From positions 325,727 through 389,726 of the forward strand of contig CASEGJ010000004.1 of NCBI GenBank assembly GCA_949287425.1: a stretch of DNA of 64,000 nucleotides. Reading direction: 5' to 3'. The position numbers and the translations under genes were made by a program. Shown piece after piece: positions 8,680-19,183 of this stretch (position 1 is its first letter; every line of letters begins with the position of its first letter). This stretch comes from an uncultured Bacillales bacterium. GTDB lineage: Bacteria > Bacillota_I > Bacilli_A > RFN20 > CAG-288. The notes under the pieces are model-generated. The model had not been told where the DNA came from. It saw only the letters and a list, made by a program, of their open reading frames with translations, and ran no database searches.

Positions 8680-11589
8680 ATGAAGAAAAAAATTTTGCCT
8701 ATATGCCTATTAAGCGTCTTGCTATTTGGTATGGCAGCTTGTCAACCTTCAACAAAAGATAGTAGTTCATCTTCTGCTACTCAAACTAGTAGTTCTAGTC
8801 CAGTGACTTCTTCTAGTTCAACTAGCTCAGAAAGTTCTTCAAGTTCAAGTCAAGCAGAAGTTAGTTTTTCAATTGATTCTGATTCTGAAGTTGAAGTCGG
8901 TAAGTCAATAACTTTAGTCTTTTTGAAAAATGGCAGCCCTGATGTTAATGAAGTCACTTGGTCAATTACTTCTGGAAGTGAATTCGCTAGACTAGAAGGA
9001 AGTGTTTTAATCGGTGTTAAAGCTGGTACAGTTACTGTTAAAGGTACTACTAAAGAAGGTAGTGCTACTAAGACTATTACTGTTAAAGAAAGTAGTGTTC
9101 AATATATGTCCATTGCTGAAGCTAAGAAGCAAGCTGAAGGCACTTTAGTAACTGTTAAAGGTAAAGTTGTCGCTGTTTCTGGAACTTCCGCTTATATTGC
9201 TGATGAAACTGATTCAATTTATATTTATAACTGGTATTGTGATAAAAATGATACTGCTGTAGTTAATAAATCATTTACTTATGGTCAAACAGTAGCTATT
9301 AAAGCTAGCATTGCTAAGCATAGTGGAGCTATTCAGTTAAGCGATTATGAAAAAATTAGCGAAGATGAAGGAAGAAAAATTCCAGGAACTTATGCTTATG
9401 CTTTAGAAGAAGATATTACTCCTATTGCCCCTATTACTATTACTGAAGACACTTTAAAATCTTTAACTGCTGCTAATTCAGGTAATTTATATACATTTAC
9501 CGCTACATTTGTTAGTAAAGGCGAACCTGATAAAAATGGTCAAATTAATACAAATTGGAAAATCGGTGATAATAGTGTTGTTTTAAGAACTGATGGTAGA
9601 TATGATGTTAAACAAACTGAAGTTGTTGCAAAAGTTAATTCCTTACAAGCTGGTGTTAGCTATAAAATTACCACACCTTTATCTTGGTATAATGGTGTTC
9701 AATTTGCTTTCTTAGGACAAGGTACTACTATTGATGAAGTTATTTCTGTTTCAATTACTTCAACAGTTAATACTGTTGTTAAAGGGAAAACTATTACATT
9801 AACTGCTGGTACTAATGATGAAGCTGGTGTTACATGGACTTCTTCTGATGAAACTAAAGCTACAGTTTCTGAAGCTGGTGTAGTTACTGGTGTTGCTGCT
9901 GGTCAAGCTACAATTACTGCTACTTCTAAGACTGATCCAACTAAATCTGCTAGTGTAACTATTACTGTTACTGATGGTGAAGTTGCTGCTACTGCAATTA
10001 CTATTACTAATACTGAAACTTCTATCATGTTAAATGAAAGATTAACTTTAACTTCTAAAGTTACTCCAGATAACGCTACTAATAAGGAAGTTGAATATTC
10101 TATTAGTTCTGGTAGTGATTATGCTGAAATTGTTGATGGTAATATTTTAGTTGGTAAAGCTATTGGTAAAGTTACTGTTAAAGCTACAGTTAAAGGAACT
10201 AGTGTTTCTACAACTAAAGACTTTGACGTTGTTACTGATATCTATAAATTATCTGATGTTTTAGATTTACCTAATGGCACTAAGATTAAATCACGTGGTG
10301 TATATATGGGTAGAAGTAGTATGGTGAATAGTTATGGCAATTATAATAATTTCTATGTTGCTGATGGTGCTATTTCTTATCAATTATATAGAGTTGATGC
10401 TGATTTAGTTTCTAATTTAGATTTAGTGGCTGGAACAACTGTTGTTGAATTTGAAGGTGAAGTAGCTAATTATAAAGGTGATAAATACACTACATATGAA
10501 GCTGAAGTTACTTCAATCAAAATAGTTACTGATGATTCTGTTGTTGCTCCTACAGTTTCTATGTTAGATAATGAACATACTTATGAATTAACAGCTGATA
10601 AAATCAATGAAAAAGTTAGTATTAGTGATGCTATTGTTACTAATATTTCAAGAGATTCGTATGGTAGCTTAGATATGGACTTTAGAGTTGGTGAAGCTAC
10701 ATATAATCTAGATTTAGATAATAGATATGATAATTTAGAAACAGAAGCGTTCACTAATTTAAAGGTTAATGATATTGTTTCATTTAATTCATGGGTTACA
10801 GCTGGAAGCTCCGATTTGAAATTCTCTACAGTTGAAAACTTCACTATTACTGGTCATTTCTCTCAACCAGCTACTGCTATTAGTTTAACTGCAAGTTCTA
10901 CAACTATTAAAATTGGTAGTACCGCTACATTAACTGCTACTTTAACTCCTGCTGATTCTACTGATACTGTTTCATATGAAATTACTAGTGGTGAAGAATT
11001 TGTCGATTTAAACGGCAATATTGTTACTGGTAAAGCTGCTGGTAGTGCTACTATTGTTGCTAAAGCTGGTAATCTTACTAGTGATCCAGTAACTATTACT
11101 GTTACTAATGAGCAAGCTGTTACTAATAGTATGACTTATGATTACACAACTAATTGGGGAACTACTCAGGTTGGCGCTAATAATTTATTTTCAAAAGCTG
11201 GTAACAATGAAAATGTTTTAGCAGCTTTAAATAAAGGTGTTGATAATTCTATTATTAATGGAGTTACTAGTGTAGATTCTGCTTCTGTTAGTGATGAGTA
11301 TGATGGAATTAAATTTGGAACTAGTGATAAAGGTGGTGCTGTAACATTTACCACTTCTAAACCAGTAACTAAAATTTCTGTTAAATTGATGGCTTGGAAT
11401 AAAAAGAAAGTTACTGTCATGGTTAACGATCAAGAATTTGCAATTACAGAAAATAGTGATGGAACTATTAATTCATTAAAAGAAAAAGAATTTGTATTTG
11501 ATGAACCTACAACTACAATTACTATTTCTTCTGTTGCAAATAAATACAGATTTATATTAGGCGGAATGGTTCTAACTTATTCTGAATAA
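8680..11589 (+). CDS. Large surface lipoprotein with Ser-rich linker, Ig-like (Big_2) domains and OB-fold-like domains
   Basis: Lipobox GMAAC; Big_2 pattern VTWTSSDETKATVSEAGVVTGVAAGQATITAT; OB-like starts SIAEAKKQAEGTLVTVKGKVVA and LSDVLDLPNGTKIKSRGVY. Confidence 0.8.
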   Translation: MKKKILPICLLSVLLFGMAACQPSTKDSSSSSATQTSSSSPVTSSSSTSSESSSSSSQAEVSFSIDSDSEVEVGKSITLVFLKNGSPDVNEVTWSITSGSEFARLEGSVLIGVKAGTVTVKGTTKEGSATKTITVKESSVQYMSIAEAKKQAEGTLVTVKGKVVAVSGTSAYIADETDSIYIYNWYCDKNDTAVVNKSFTYGQTVAIKASIAKHSGAIQLSDYEKISEDEGRKIPGTYAYALEEDITPIAPITITEDTLKSLTAANSGNLYTFTATFVSKGEPDKNGQINTNWKIGDNSVVLRTDGRYDVKQTEVVAKVNSLQAGVSYKITTPLSWYNGVQFAFLGQGTTIDEVISVSITSTVNTVVKGKTITLTAGTNDEAGVTWTSSDETKATVSEAGVVTGVAAGQATITATSKTDPTKSASVTITVTDGEVAATAITITNTETSIMLNERLTLTSKVTPDNATNKEVEYSISSGSDYAEIVDGNILVGKAIGKVTVKATVKGTSVSTTKDFDVVTDIYKLSDVLDLPNGTKIKSRGVYMGRSSMVNSYGNYNNFYVADGAISYQLYRVDADLVSNLDLVAGTTVVEFEGEVANYKGDKYTTYEAEVTSIKIVTDDSVVAPTVSMLDNEHTYELTADKINEKVSISDAIVTNISRDSYGSLDMDFRVGEATYNLDLDNRYDNLETEAFTNLKVNDIVSFNSWVTAGSSDLKFSTVENFTITGHFSQPATAISLTASSTTIKIGSTATLTATLTPADSTDTVSYEITSGEEFVDLNGNIVTGKAAGSATIVAKAGNLTSDPVTITVTNEQAVTNSMTYDYTTNWGTTQVGANNLFSKAGNNENVLAALNKGVDNSIINGVTSVDSASVSDEYDGIKFGTSDKGGAVTFTTSKPVTKISVKLMAWNKKKVTVMVNDQEFAITENSDGTINSLKEKEFVFDEPTTTITISSVANKYRFILGGMVLTYSE

Positions 11590-11624
11590 TCATTGACAAT
11601 TTAATTAGTAATCTAGTTAAACTT

Positions 11625-11661
11625 ACTGCAGTTATTACTTAATAGCTGCAGTTTTTCTTTT
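11625..11661 (+). terminator. Intrinsic terminator ending the cassette 1 core operon
   Basis: ACTGCAGTTATT-actt-AATAGCTGCAGT stem followed by T-tract. Confidence 0.85.
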
Positions 11662-11662
11662 C

Positions 11663-11691
11663 TTGTTTAATTAAATTTACTTTAATATAAT
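11663..11691 (+). promoter_or_regulatory. Sigma-A promoter for RDD pair 1 (near-leaderless)
   Basis: TTGTTT-17-TATAAT ending 8 nt before the ATG at 11700. Confidence 0.6.
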
Positions 11692-11699
11692 ACTTAGGT

Positions 11700-12920
11700 A
11701 TGAAGATTTCTAAAGTTAAAATTAAAGCTGAATGTGAAAGTAATGTTAATTTAAAACCTTTAAGAAGGTTATTTGCATATATTCTTGATTTTTTTGTCGG
11801 ATTAATTATCGCATCTTTTTTATTTGTTATCTGTGATTTAACTAGTAATTCTATTCCTAGTGTTTCTAATAGATCGACTGAATTAAGTAAGTTACAAGCT
11901 AACTTATATAGCTATGTCTATGATTCTAAATTGGATGTTGAAACCGCTAATGGAATGAAAGGTAGTATCGATATTTCTTATGATTATGTTAAAGCTCTTA
12001 CTTATAATAGCTTAGAAAATAAGGATGATATTTCTAGTAGTATTTATAGTGCTGATTTTGTTAATAATATTAAAGAAAATTCCAAATATTACGATAACTT
12101 GAATTACTACTATACTGAATTTAAAATTAAAAATATTTCTAATTATTCTAATGAAAGTCAAGCTAATAGTGGGGAAGAATATTTTCTTAAGATATATTTT
12201 GAAGATAGTGAGATTTCTTCATATTTTGAATCTAATTTAACTTATCCTGTATTAAAAGCTAATAATGCTAAAGCTATTAATGAATATCTTCAAAATTCTA
12301 ATTATGAAGTGGGTAAACAGATTCACGATAATTTAGTTAATCATTACAATAATTTACTTTTAGAAGCCTGTGATGATTTAGAAAACAATTATTTACCATA
12401 TTTTAACGATTTTAATAGTTATACTAATATTTCTAATGAATTATTTGAAATAAGGGTATATGAAGTGTTAATTAGTTATATTATCTCTTGTTTATTGTGT
12501 TATTTTGTTTTCCCAATGTGTTTTAAGAATGGAAGAACTATTTCTTATAGATGCATGCAAATATCTAGTTGTACATATCAAGGTTATAAAATTAAATGGT
12601 ACAACAATTTAATAAGCTGTTTTATGAAGCTACTTTGCTATGGATATATACCATTAGTTATTGTTGGAATTATCTATGGTAGTCAATCGGTTTCTTTATT
12701 TACTGTGGTGGTTTTAGGATTTGTTAATTTATTTGGTTTTGCTATTTTCTCTTTATTACTATCTATTCTTTCGTATCTATTTAGTTTGTTTTTAAGAAAG
12801 CAGAGCTTTTCTGAAATTGTTGCTAACATAGTTTTAAAAGATACTAGGGAATTTATTGTTACTAATAAAAAAGATAATCAAATTAAAGAAGTTGAAGATA
12901 ATTCTAAAGGGTTAGATTAA
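11700..12920 (+). CDS. RDD-family-like membrane protein A with large extracytoplasmic insertion
   Basis: RRLFAYILDFF TM1, ~200-aa soluble loop, then PMCFKNGRTISYR and KQSFSEIVANIV, matching a split RDD domain. Confidence 0.7.
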   Translation: MKISKVKIKAECESNVNLKPLRRLFAYILDFFVGLIIASFLFVICDLTSNSIPSVSNRSTELSKLQANLYSYVYDSKLDVETANGMKGSIDISYDYVKALTYNSLENKDDISSSIYSADFVNNIKENSKYYDNLNYYYTEFKIKNISNYSNESQANSGEEYFLKIYFEDSEISSYFESNLTYPVLKANNAKAINEYLQNSNYEVGKQIHDNLVNHYNNLLLEACDDLENNYLPYFNDFNSYTNISNELFEIRVYEVLISYIISCLLCYFVFPMCFKNGRTISYRCMQISSCTYQGYKIKWYNNLISCFMKLLCYGYIPLVIVGIIYGSQSVSLFTVVVLGFVNLFGFAIFSLLLSILSYLFSLFLRKQSFSEIVANIVLKDTREFIVTNKKDNQIKEVEDNSKGLD

Positions 12921-12922
12921 TA

Positions 12923-13918
12923 ATGGAAAATAAAGATTCTAATTTAGAAGACCAAGAATATGAAATTAATTATAAAGCGTGTAGTCTATCTAGATTATTT
13001 GCTTTTAATTTTTTTGATTTGTTTTGTGTCGCTATTTTATCTTTATTAATTTTATTACCAACTTTATTTATCATTCAATCTACTCCGAGTTATATTTCTA
13101 ATTTAGAAAGTAGAAATAGTATCTTAATCGAATCTAAATTGTATTTAAAATCAGGTGATAACGTAATTAAATTAATTGATTCATTAGAAAATGACACTCA
13201 GCTAACTTACGATGAAAAGTCTAGTAAATTAGATCAAGCTTATTCTTATTTTTTTACAACTTTTATTAATTTAGAGTTAGATAATAAAGGTTTAGAAACT
13301 TATCAAAACATAAAAATAGAAGCTAAATATAACAATGAAAACTTATTTAATTCTAACTATGAAAGAATCTTTATTAATTCAGATTACGATAAGATTTACT
13401 ATGACTTTTATAAAGATACTTATTCAACATGTATCGGTTATTTACCTTTAAATGAAACATATTTATCGACAAGAAGATATATTAATATAGTTAATCTTGC
13501 TAATATCTGTTCTATAATAGCTTTTAGTTTTGTTATTGTTTATTATGTCGTTCCTTGTTTTATTTTTTCACGCGGGAAGATGACTTTAGGTATGAAATTA
13601 ACTAGATTAGCTATGTTAGATGTAAATGGTCTATCTTGTTCGTGGAAAAGATTTACTTTGAGATTTCTATTTGTCTTTTTTATCGAATTTATTGGATCTA
13701 TTTTTTCTTTCCTAATCCCGATATTTATTTCTGTAGCAATGAATGTCTTTTTTAAAACAAAACAAGGCTTTGCTGATTGGATATTTAACACATACATAGT
13801 TTCAAGTGAAGATAGCTTAATTTATAAATCCGCTTTTGAATATAAAAGGGTATCTGATAAAAATTCCAGTTCAACTTTAATAGAAGATCTCAGCAAAAAA
13901 GATGTGAATTTTAAATAG
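12923..13918 (+). CDS. RDD-family membrane protein B with extracytoplasmic insertion
   Basis: KACSLSRLFAFNFFD, KMTLGMKLTRL, KRFTLRF, QGFADWIFNTYIV RDD motifs. Confidence 0.8.
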   Translation: MENKDSNLEDQEYEINYKACSLSRLFAFNFFDLFCVAILSLLILLPTLFIIQSTPSYISNLESRNSILIESKLYLKSGDNVIKLIDSLENDTQLTYDEKSSKLDQAYSYFFTTFINLELDNKGLETYQNIKIEAKYNNENLFNSNYERIFINSDYDKIYYDFYKDTYSTCIGYLPLNETYLSTRRYINIVNLANICSIIAFSFVIVYYVVPCFIFSRGKMTLGMKLTRLAMLDVNGLSCSWKRFTLRFLFVFFIEFIGSIFSFLIPIFISVAMNVFFKTKQGFADWIFNTYIVSSEDSLIYKSAFEYKRVSDKNSSSTLIEDLSKKDVNFK

Positions 13919-13922
13919 TTTG

Positions 13923-13940
13923 TTTACAAAGTATTTACAA
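13923..13940 (+). promoter_or_regulatory. Candidate PhoP-like box upstream of cassette 2
   Basis: TTTACA-N5-TTTACA with 11-bp periodicity. Confidence 0.35.
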
Positions 13941-14032
13941 ATAGCTGTTTTTTAGACTTTAGTTTTAAATTAGTTTGTTATATCATAAAGTGTAAAGAAA
14001 ATTGATAGAAACTAGATATAAGGAAATTAAAT

Positions 14033-15520
14033 ATGGAAATTAGACTAATCGGTTTAACAAAAGAATTCCCAGGTGATCCTAAAAAGGACATTAAACCTAC
14101 TACTGCTGTCGATCATATTAATATTACAGTTAAAGATGGTGAGTTAATCGGTTTATTAGGACCTTCTGGTTGTGGTAAATCAACTACTTTATATATGTTA
14201 GCGGGTTTAAAAGAACCAACAAGTGGGGAAATCTTTTTTGATGATCAAGATGTTACTCATCTTGCTCCTGAAAAAAGAGGTATCGGTTTAGTTTTCCAAA
14301 ATTACGCTTTATATCCACATATGACTGTTTATAAAAACGTCGCTTTTCCATTAACTAATCTAAAAGTTAATGAACCTATGAAGAATGCTAATATTCTTAA
14401 ATATCAAAAAATAATTGAAATATTAAAAGAGCCTCAAAAGTTAGTAGATGCTATCACTTCTTCTGCTTATGAAAATAAAATCAACAAGAATTTTGCAATA
14501 GATAGTATCGCTAACCAATATCAAGTTTCTAAATATGTCGCTAGTGAGCTTTTTAAATTGAACTTACACGTCAGTGAAGATGTTTTATTAAAAGCTAATG
14601 AAGCTAGCGCTATCTATACTGAAAAATTAGATAAGGAAATTGAAAAAACCAAATCTAAGCTTGCTAAAAAAGGTTGGTCTATTACTGAAAAAGGTTTGTA
14701 TTTAGATCGAGATGGTAATCTTATTCCTAAAATTAGACGTTTAAGTAAAGATGAAATTGACGCTTTAGTTAGAGAAGCTGCTAGACTAGTTCAAATTGAA
14801 GATTACTTAGGCAGAAAACCCTCTGAACTTTCTGGTGGTCAACAACAGCGTGTCGCTATTGCTCGTGCTTTAGTTAAAAAGCCTAGAGTCTTACTTTTAG
14901 ATGAACCATTATCTAACTTAGATGCTAGACTAAGATTACAAACTAGAGAAGAAATTAGAAGAATTCAAAAAGAAACTGGTATTACTACTGTCTTTGTTAC
15001 TCATGACCAAGAAGAAGCTATGTCAATTTGCGATGATATTGTTGTTATGAAGCTTGGGGTTGAAATGCAAATGGGTCATCCTCAAGAAGTTTATAAAGAC
15101 CCTCATAACTTATTTGTCGCTAAGTTTTTAGGCACACCTCCTATCAATGTTTTTGAAGGGTATATTAAAGATAATAAAGTTTATATCGGTGATGAAGTTA
15201 TTTATAGAACTCCAAGTAAAGTAGATCAACAACTTAAAGATGGTAAAGTCTATGTTGGAATTAGACCTGAAGGCTTTATTTCTAGTGAAGAATTAACTTC
15301 TACTCGTACTCCTAGACTAACTTTAAATATCGATCATTTAGTTACTATGGGTAGAGATGTCTCTTTAGAAGCTAGCCATCCTTGCTTTAAAGGAGATGAA
15401 ATTAAAATTATTATCGATTCCGATTTAGATGTTAAATTAGGTAAAGCTAAATTTGGAATTAAACCTAATAAGATGTTTGTCTTCGATGGCGAAACTGAAG
15501 AAAGAATATATTTAAAATAA
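14033..15520 (+). CDS. CUT1-family ABC ATPase with ~120-aa insertion, cassette 2
   Basis: Same Walker A/B, signature and H-loop motifs as 1246..2769. Confidence 0.95.
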   Translation: MEIRLIGLTKEFPGDPKKDIKPTTAVDHINITVKDGELIGLLGPSGCGKSTTLYMLAGLKEPTSGEIFFDDQDVTHLAPEKRGIGLVFQNYALYPHMTVYKNVAFPLTNLKVNEPMKNANILKYQKIIEILKEPQKLVDAITSSAYENKINKNFAIDSIANQYQVSKYVASELFKLNLHVSEDVLLKANEASAIYTEKLDKEIEKTKSKLAKKGWSITEKGLYLDRDGNLIPKIRRLSKDEIDALVREAARLVQIEDYLGRKPSELSGGQQQRVAIARALVKKPRVLLLDEPLSNLDARLRLQTREEIRRIQKETGITTVFVTHDQEEAMSICDDIVVMKLGVEMQMGHPQEVYKDPHNLFVAKFLGTPPINVFEGYIKDNKVYIGDEVIYRTPSKVDQQLKDGKVYVGIRPEGFISSEELTSTRTPRLTLNIDHLVTMGRDVSLEASHPCFKGDEIKIIIDSDLDVKLGKAKFGIKPNKMFVFDGETEERIYLK

Positions 15521-15529
15521 AAGGTAAAT

Positions 15530-16465
15530 ATGGAAAAGAACAACAATTGGAAAGCGTGGTTATATCTAGCTCCAGCTTTGATACTAATGGGTATATTTAC
15601 TTTCTTCCCATTAATTAACACATTTATCGTTTCATTTTTAAAAGATTACAATTCCGCTACTGGAGCTAATAGTGGTTTTACTTTTGAAAACTACGGAAGA
15701 GTATTAGGAATTACTCCAGTCGATGCTGAACTTGGTATTTACGATAATAACTTTTTATCTTTTACCGGTCCTTCAGCTTTAACTAATACTTTGCTTATTA
15801 CTTTTGTTACTGTTCCTATTTCTGTTATTATCGCTTTAGCGATTTCTATTTTATTAAACAATATTAAGGTCTGTAGAAAGTTTTTACAAACTGTATTTTT
15901 TATGCCTTATGTCACTAATATCATCGCTGTAGGTATGGTTTTCTCAGTTATGTTTTCTTCAACTGGTATTATCAACAGAATATTTGGTATTGATGGAACT
16001 AACTGGATAGGTGTTGGTGCTAGCTGGGGAAAATCGATGTTTGTATTATGCATCTATGTTATTTGGAACGCATTACCTTATAAGATATTGATTTTCTCAT
16101 CAGGTTTACAAGGAATTGATAAACAGTATTATGAAGCGGCTAAAATTGATTCTACACCTAGATTTAAAGTTGCTACTAAAATAACGATTCCTTTACTTTC
16201 ACCTCAAATTTTATATATTACAATTACTTCATTTATTTCTGCATTTAAAGAATATAACGCTATTATTGGTTTATTTAATAGAAACTATACAACTAGTGGC
16301 AATGTTCCTGATTTATATACTGTCGTTTATTATATTTACGATATGTTAAATTCTGGAACTAGTATGGTTCAATTTGCCTGTGCTGGTGCTGTTGTTTTAT
16401 TTGTAATTATCATGTTATTTACTTTAATTCAAATGCAAATTTCTAAAAGAAAGGTGGTTTATTAA
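15530..16465 (+). CDS. CUT1 ABC permease 1, cassette 2
   Basis: YYEAAKIDS loop; paralog of 2753..3697. Confidence 0.95.
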   Translation: MEKNNNWKAWLYLAPALILMGIFTFFPLINTFIVSFLKDYNSATGANSGFTFENYGRVLGITPVDAELGIYDNNFLSFTGPSALTNTLLITFVTVPISVIIALAISILLNNIKVCRKFLQTVFFMPYVTNIIAVGMVFSVMFSSTGIINRIFGIDGTNWIGVGASWGKSMFVLCIYVIWNALPYKILIFSSGLQGIDKQYYEAAKIDSTPRFKVATKITIPLLSPQILYITITSFISAFKEYNAIIGLFNRNYTTSGNVPDLYTVVYYIYDMLNSGTSMVQFACAGAVVLFVIIMLFTLIQMQISKRKVVY

Positions 16466-16467
16466 TT

Positions 16468-17436
16468 ATGTTAGCTAGAAAGACACCATTAATAACTACC
16501 AAGTTAAATCTTATCGTTCCTGGTAAAGCTAAAGATGTTAGAACTACTCAGCAAAAAGATAATACTTTGCATATTCTTAGCTTAATTCTCATTTATGCTA
16601 TTTTGATATTTGCTGCTATTATTGTTATTTTCCCATTTGTCTATATGATTTTAGCTTCCTTTATGAAAGAATCCGTTTTAACTACAGGTGCTTTCTTACC
16701 TGAAACTAATAATTTATGGGAAGATATAACTTATAACTATACAAGTACATTAGAAAGATTTAGTTACTTAAAATATATCGGTAACACTTTAGTTGTTGGT
16801 ATTACTACTACTTTACTATGTATTATTGTTACTATCTTATCAGCTTTTGCATTTGCTAGATTGAAATTTAGAGGTAGAGACTTTTTATTTACTATCTTTT
16901 TAGGAACTATGATGATTCCTGGGGAAATGATGGTTATTACTAACTATTTAACTTTGACTAATTTAGGGTTAATTTCTCCTAATCAAAATGCTATTGAAGC
17001 ATATTCATCCATGGTTTTACCATTTATTGCTAGTGTATTTTATATTTATTTACTTAGACAAAACTTCATGCAGATACCTAACGAATTATACTTAGCTGCT
17101 AAAGTCGATGGAAAATCAGATTGGTCCTATCTATGGAAAGTTATGGTTCCATTAGCGGCTCCAACTTTAATTACAGTTTGTATTCTTTCTTTAATTGGTT
17201 CTTGGAATGCTTATGTTTGGCCAAGACAAGTTACTTTAAATACTAATTTCTGGGTTATTTCAGTTGCTGTTAGAGGTGAAGCATTAACTAGGTTAGATCC
17301 TACTGGTATTAGAATACCGATGTCTTCATGGCAGATGTGTGCATCAGTTTTAACTGTTGTACCTTTATTAATCTTGTTTATTATCTTTAGAAAATACATC
17401 ATGAGCGGTACAGGCCGTGCTGGTATTAAAGGCTAA
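16468..17436 (+). CDS. CUT1 ABC permease 2, cassette 2
   Basis: IPNELYLAAKVDG, C-terminal GRAGIKG; paralog of 3700..4632. Confidence 0.95.
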   Translation: MLARKTPLITTKLNLIVPGKAKDVRTTQQKDNTLHILSLILIYAILIFAAIIVIFPFVYMILASFMKESVLTTGAFLPETNNLWEDITYNYTSTLERFSYLKYIGNTLVVGITTTLLCIIVTILSAFAFARLKFRGRDFLFTIFLGTMMIPGEMMVITNYLTLTNLGLISPNQNAIEAYSSMVLPFIASVFYIYLLRQNFMQIPNELYLAAKVDGKSDWSYLWKVMVPLAAPTLITVCILSLIGSWNAYVWPRQVTLNTNFWVISVAVRGEALTRLDPTGIRIPMSSWQMCASVLTVVPLLILFIIFRKYIMSGTGRAGIKG

Positions 17437-17478
17437 AGATAGTAAAATATATAACTTATTTACAAGGAGGAAAATTTA

Positions 17479-19158
17479 ATGAATAAGTTAATGAAAAGAA
17501 CATGCAAAGCTATGTTACTTTGCGCTGGCTTAGTCGGCTTAGTCGGTTGTCAACCTGAAGACACTCGTACTACTGTTATTTGGTGGAATAACTACCAAGT
17601 TCCAGCTGATGGAATGTCTGAAGAAGAAGCTAGAAAAGATTCAGATTATACTGAATACTTCTTCACAAAGGATTTGATTGAAGAATTCGAAGCTGAACAC
17701 ACTGATATTCATATCGAAACTGTTTATCATGGTGCTTATGGTACTATTGCTGAAGATTTAAAGCAAGCTTTAAATTCACCTAACTTACCTAACATCGCTT
17801 CTGGTTATCCTGATAATGTTGCTATTTATAATGGCGCTGGTGTTACTTTAGATATGAGCCAATATGTCGATTCTGAAACTATCGGCTTTGGTAAAAAGAC
17901 TGTCAATGGTGAAACTGTCGATGATCCTACTACTGTTGCTAGTGATTTAAACCAAAACTATTTCAATGCTGAAAAAGGCATGTATGCTAACAATCACTAT
18001 TTATCATTACCATATTCAAAATCTAGTGAAACTTTAGTTGTTAACCAAACTGTCTTTGATCAAGTTGGTGCAGGTGCTTCTGGTACTTCTTCTTCATCTG
18101 AAACTGGTTATCAAGCTCCTACTGCTAAAGCTAGCAAAACTAAATATGAAATCCCTCAAAACTGGACTGAATTAATTCAAACCGCTAGAAAGATGAAAGC
18201 TGATTATCCTGAAGTCTTTGCTGATAATAATCCTAAAGATGGCAAGGATGCAAATGTTGATTCACAAGGTTTCTTCAACGCTGTTCCTTTCTGTTGGGAT
18301 TCTGCTGAAAATATGATTATCTCATTATTGCAAAATATGGATATTCCATATACTGATGCAAACGGAAATTCTAATGCTACTAAGATTTTATTCAATAATA
18401 CTGAAGCTAAAAAATTAGTCGCCCAATTAAAGAAATGGAATAATGAAGGTTTAATTGCTACTCAAGATCAACTTTACATTTCTGATCCTACCAAAGGTTA
18501 TCACCAATATTCTTCCACCATGGTTGCTCAAGGTGATTGCTTTATGTGTGTTTCTTCTACCGCTGGTTCAAGATATTTCTCAGCTGATGGTTTCTATGTT
18601 AGCTTCAATCACACTCCTAATATCGATCAAACCATCTATCAAGTAGATGCTGATCAAGATGTTGAAGCTACTTCTGAAGCTAAAGATGCTAAAGTTATTT
18701 CTCAAGGTCCTTCTTTAACCTTCTTCAAGAAATCTGAAAATGGTCAAGATCCTTCTGAATTAGCTAGCTGGGAATTCTATAAATTCTTAACCAATGCTGA
18801 AAACTCTGCTAACTTAGCTGTTGCTACTTCTTATTTCCCAATTAGAACTTCTTCATATGATAATGAAAAAGTTAAAGCTTTAACTGGTGCTAAGGCTGTT
18901 ACTGCTGCTTCTACTACCGCTGAAAAGAACAGCTATTATTCTGGTTCTGTTTTGAAATTAAATCAAACTTACACCGCTAATAATAACTACTTCTTATCAC
19001 CTGTTTTCGATATGTCAGCTGATGCTAGAACCGCTATCGGTGATTTAATTGAAGAAGTCTTCAACGCTACAGCTACTACTGATTCAGAAATCAACGCTGT
19101 TGTTGAAACTGCATTTACTAATGCTATCAACAAAGTCGTTACTTCTTCTTCTAACTAA
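17479..19158 (+). CDS. Solute-binding lipoprotein, cassette 2
   Basis: Lipobox LVGLVGC; PYSKSSE, PQNWTEL, SSTAG, QGPSLTFF; RBS AAGGAGG. Confidence 0.88.
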   Translation: MNKLMKRTCKAMLLCAGLVGLVGCQPEDTRTTVIWWNNYQVPADGMSEEEARKDSDYTEYFFTKDLIEEFEAEHTDIHIETVYHGAYGTIAEDLKQALNSPNLPNIASGYPDNVAIYNGAGVTLDMSQYVDSETIGFGKKTVNGETVDDPTTVASDLNQNYFNAEKGMYANNHYLSLPYSKSSETLVVNQTVFDQVGAGASGTSSSSETGYQAPTAKASKTKYEIPQNWTELIQTARKMKADYPEVFADNNPKDGKDANVDSQGFFNAVPFCWDSAENMIISLLQNMDIPYTDANGNSNATKILFNNTEAKKLVAQLKKWNNEGLIATQDQLYISDPTKGYHQYSSTMVAQGDCFMCVSSTAGSRYFSADGFYVSFNHTPNIDQTIYQVDADQDVEATSEAKDAKVISQGPSLTFFKKSENGQDPSELASWEFYKFLTNAENSANLAVATSYFPIRTSSYDNEKVKALTGAKAVTAASTTAEKNSYYSGSVLKLNQTYTANNNYFLSPVFDMSADARTAIGDLIEEVFNATATTDSEINAVVETAFTNAINKVVTSSSN

Positions 19159-19183
19159 TAAAAATTAAACTTACTTAACAAAA

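Noticed and set aside
8755-8855. AGT/TCT/TCA-rich low-complexity tract
   Set aside because: Encodes a Ser/Thr linker after the lipobox; imperfect and not a phase-variable or CRISPR repeat
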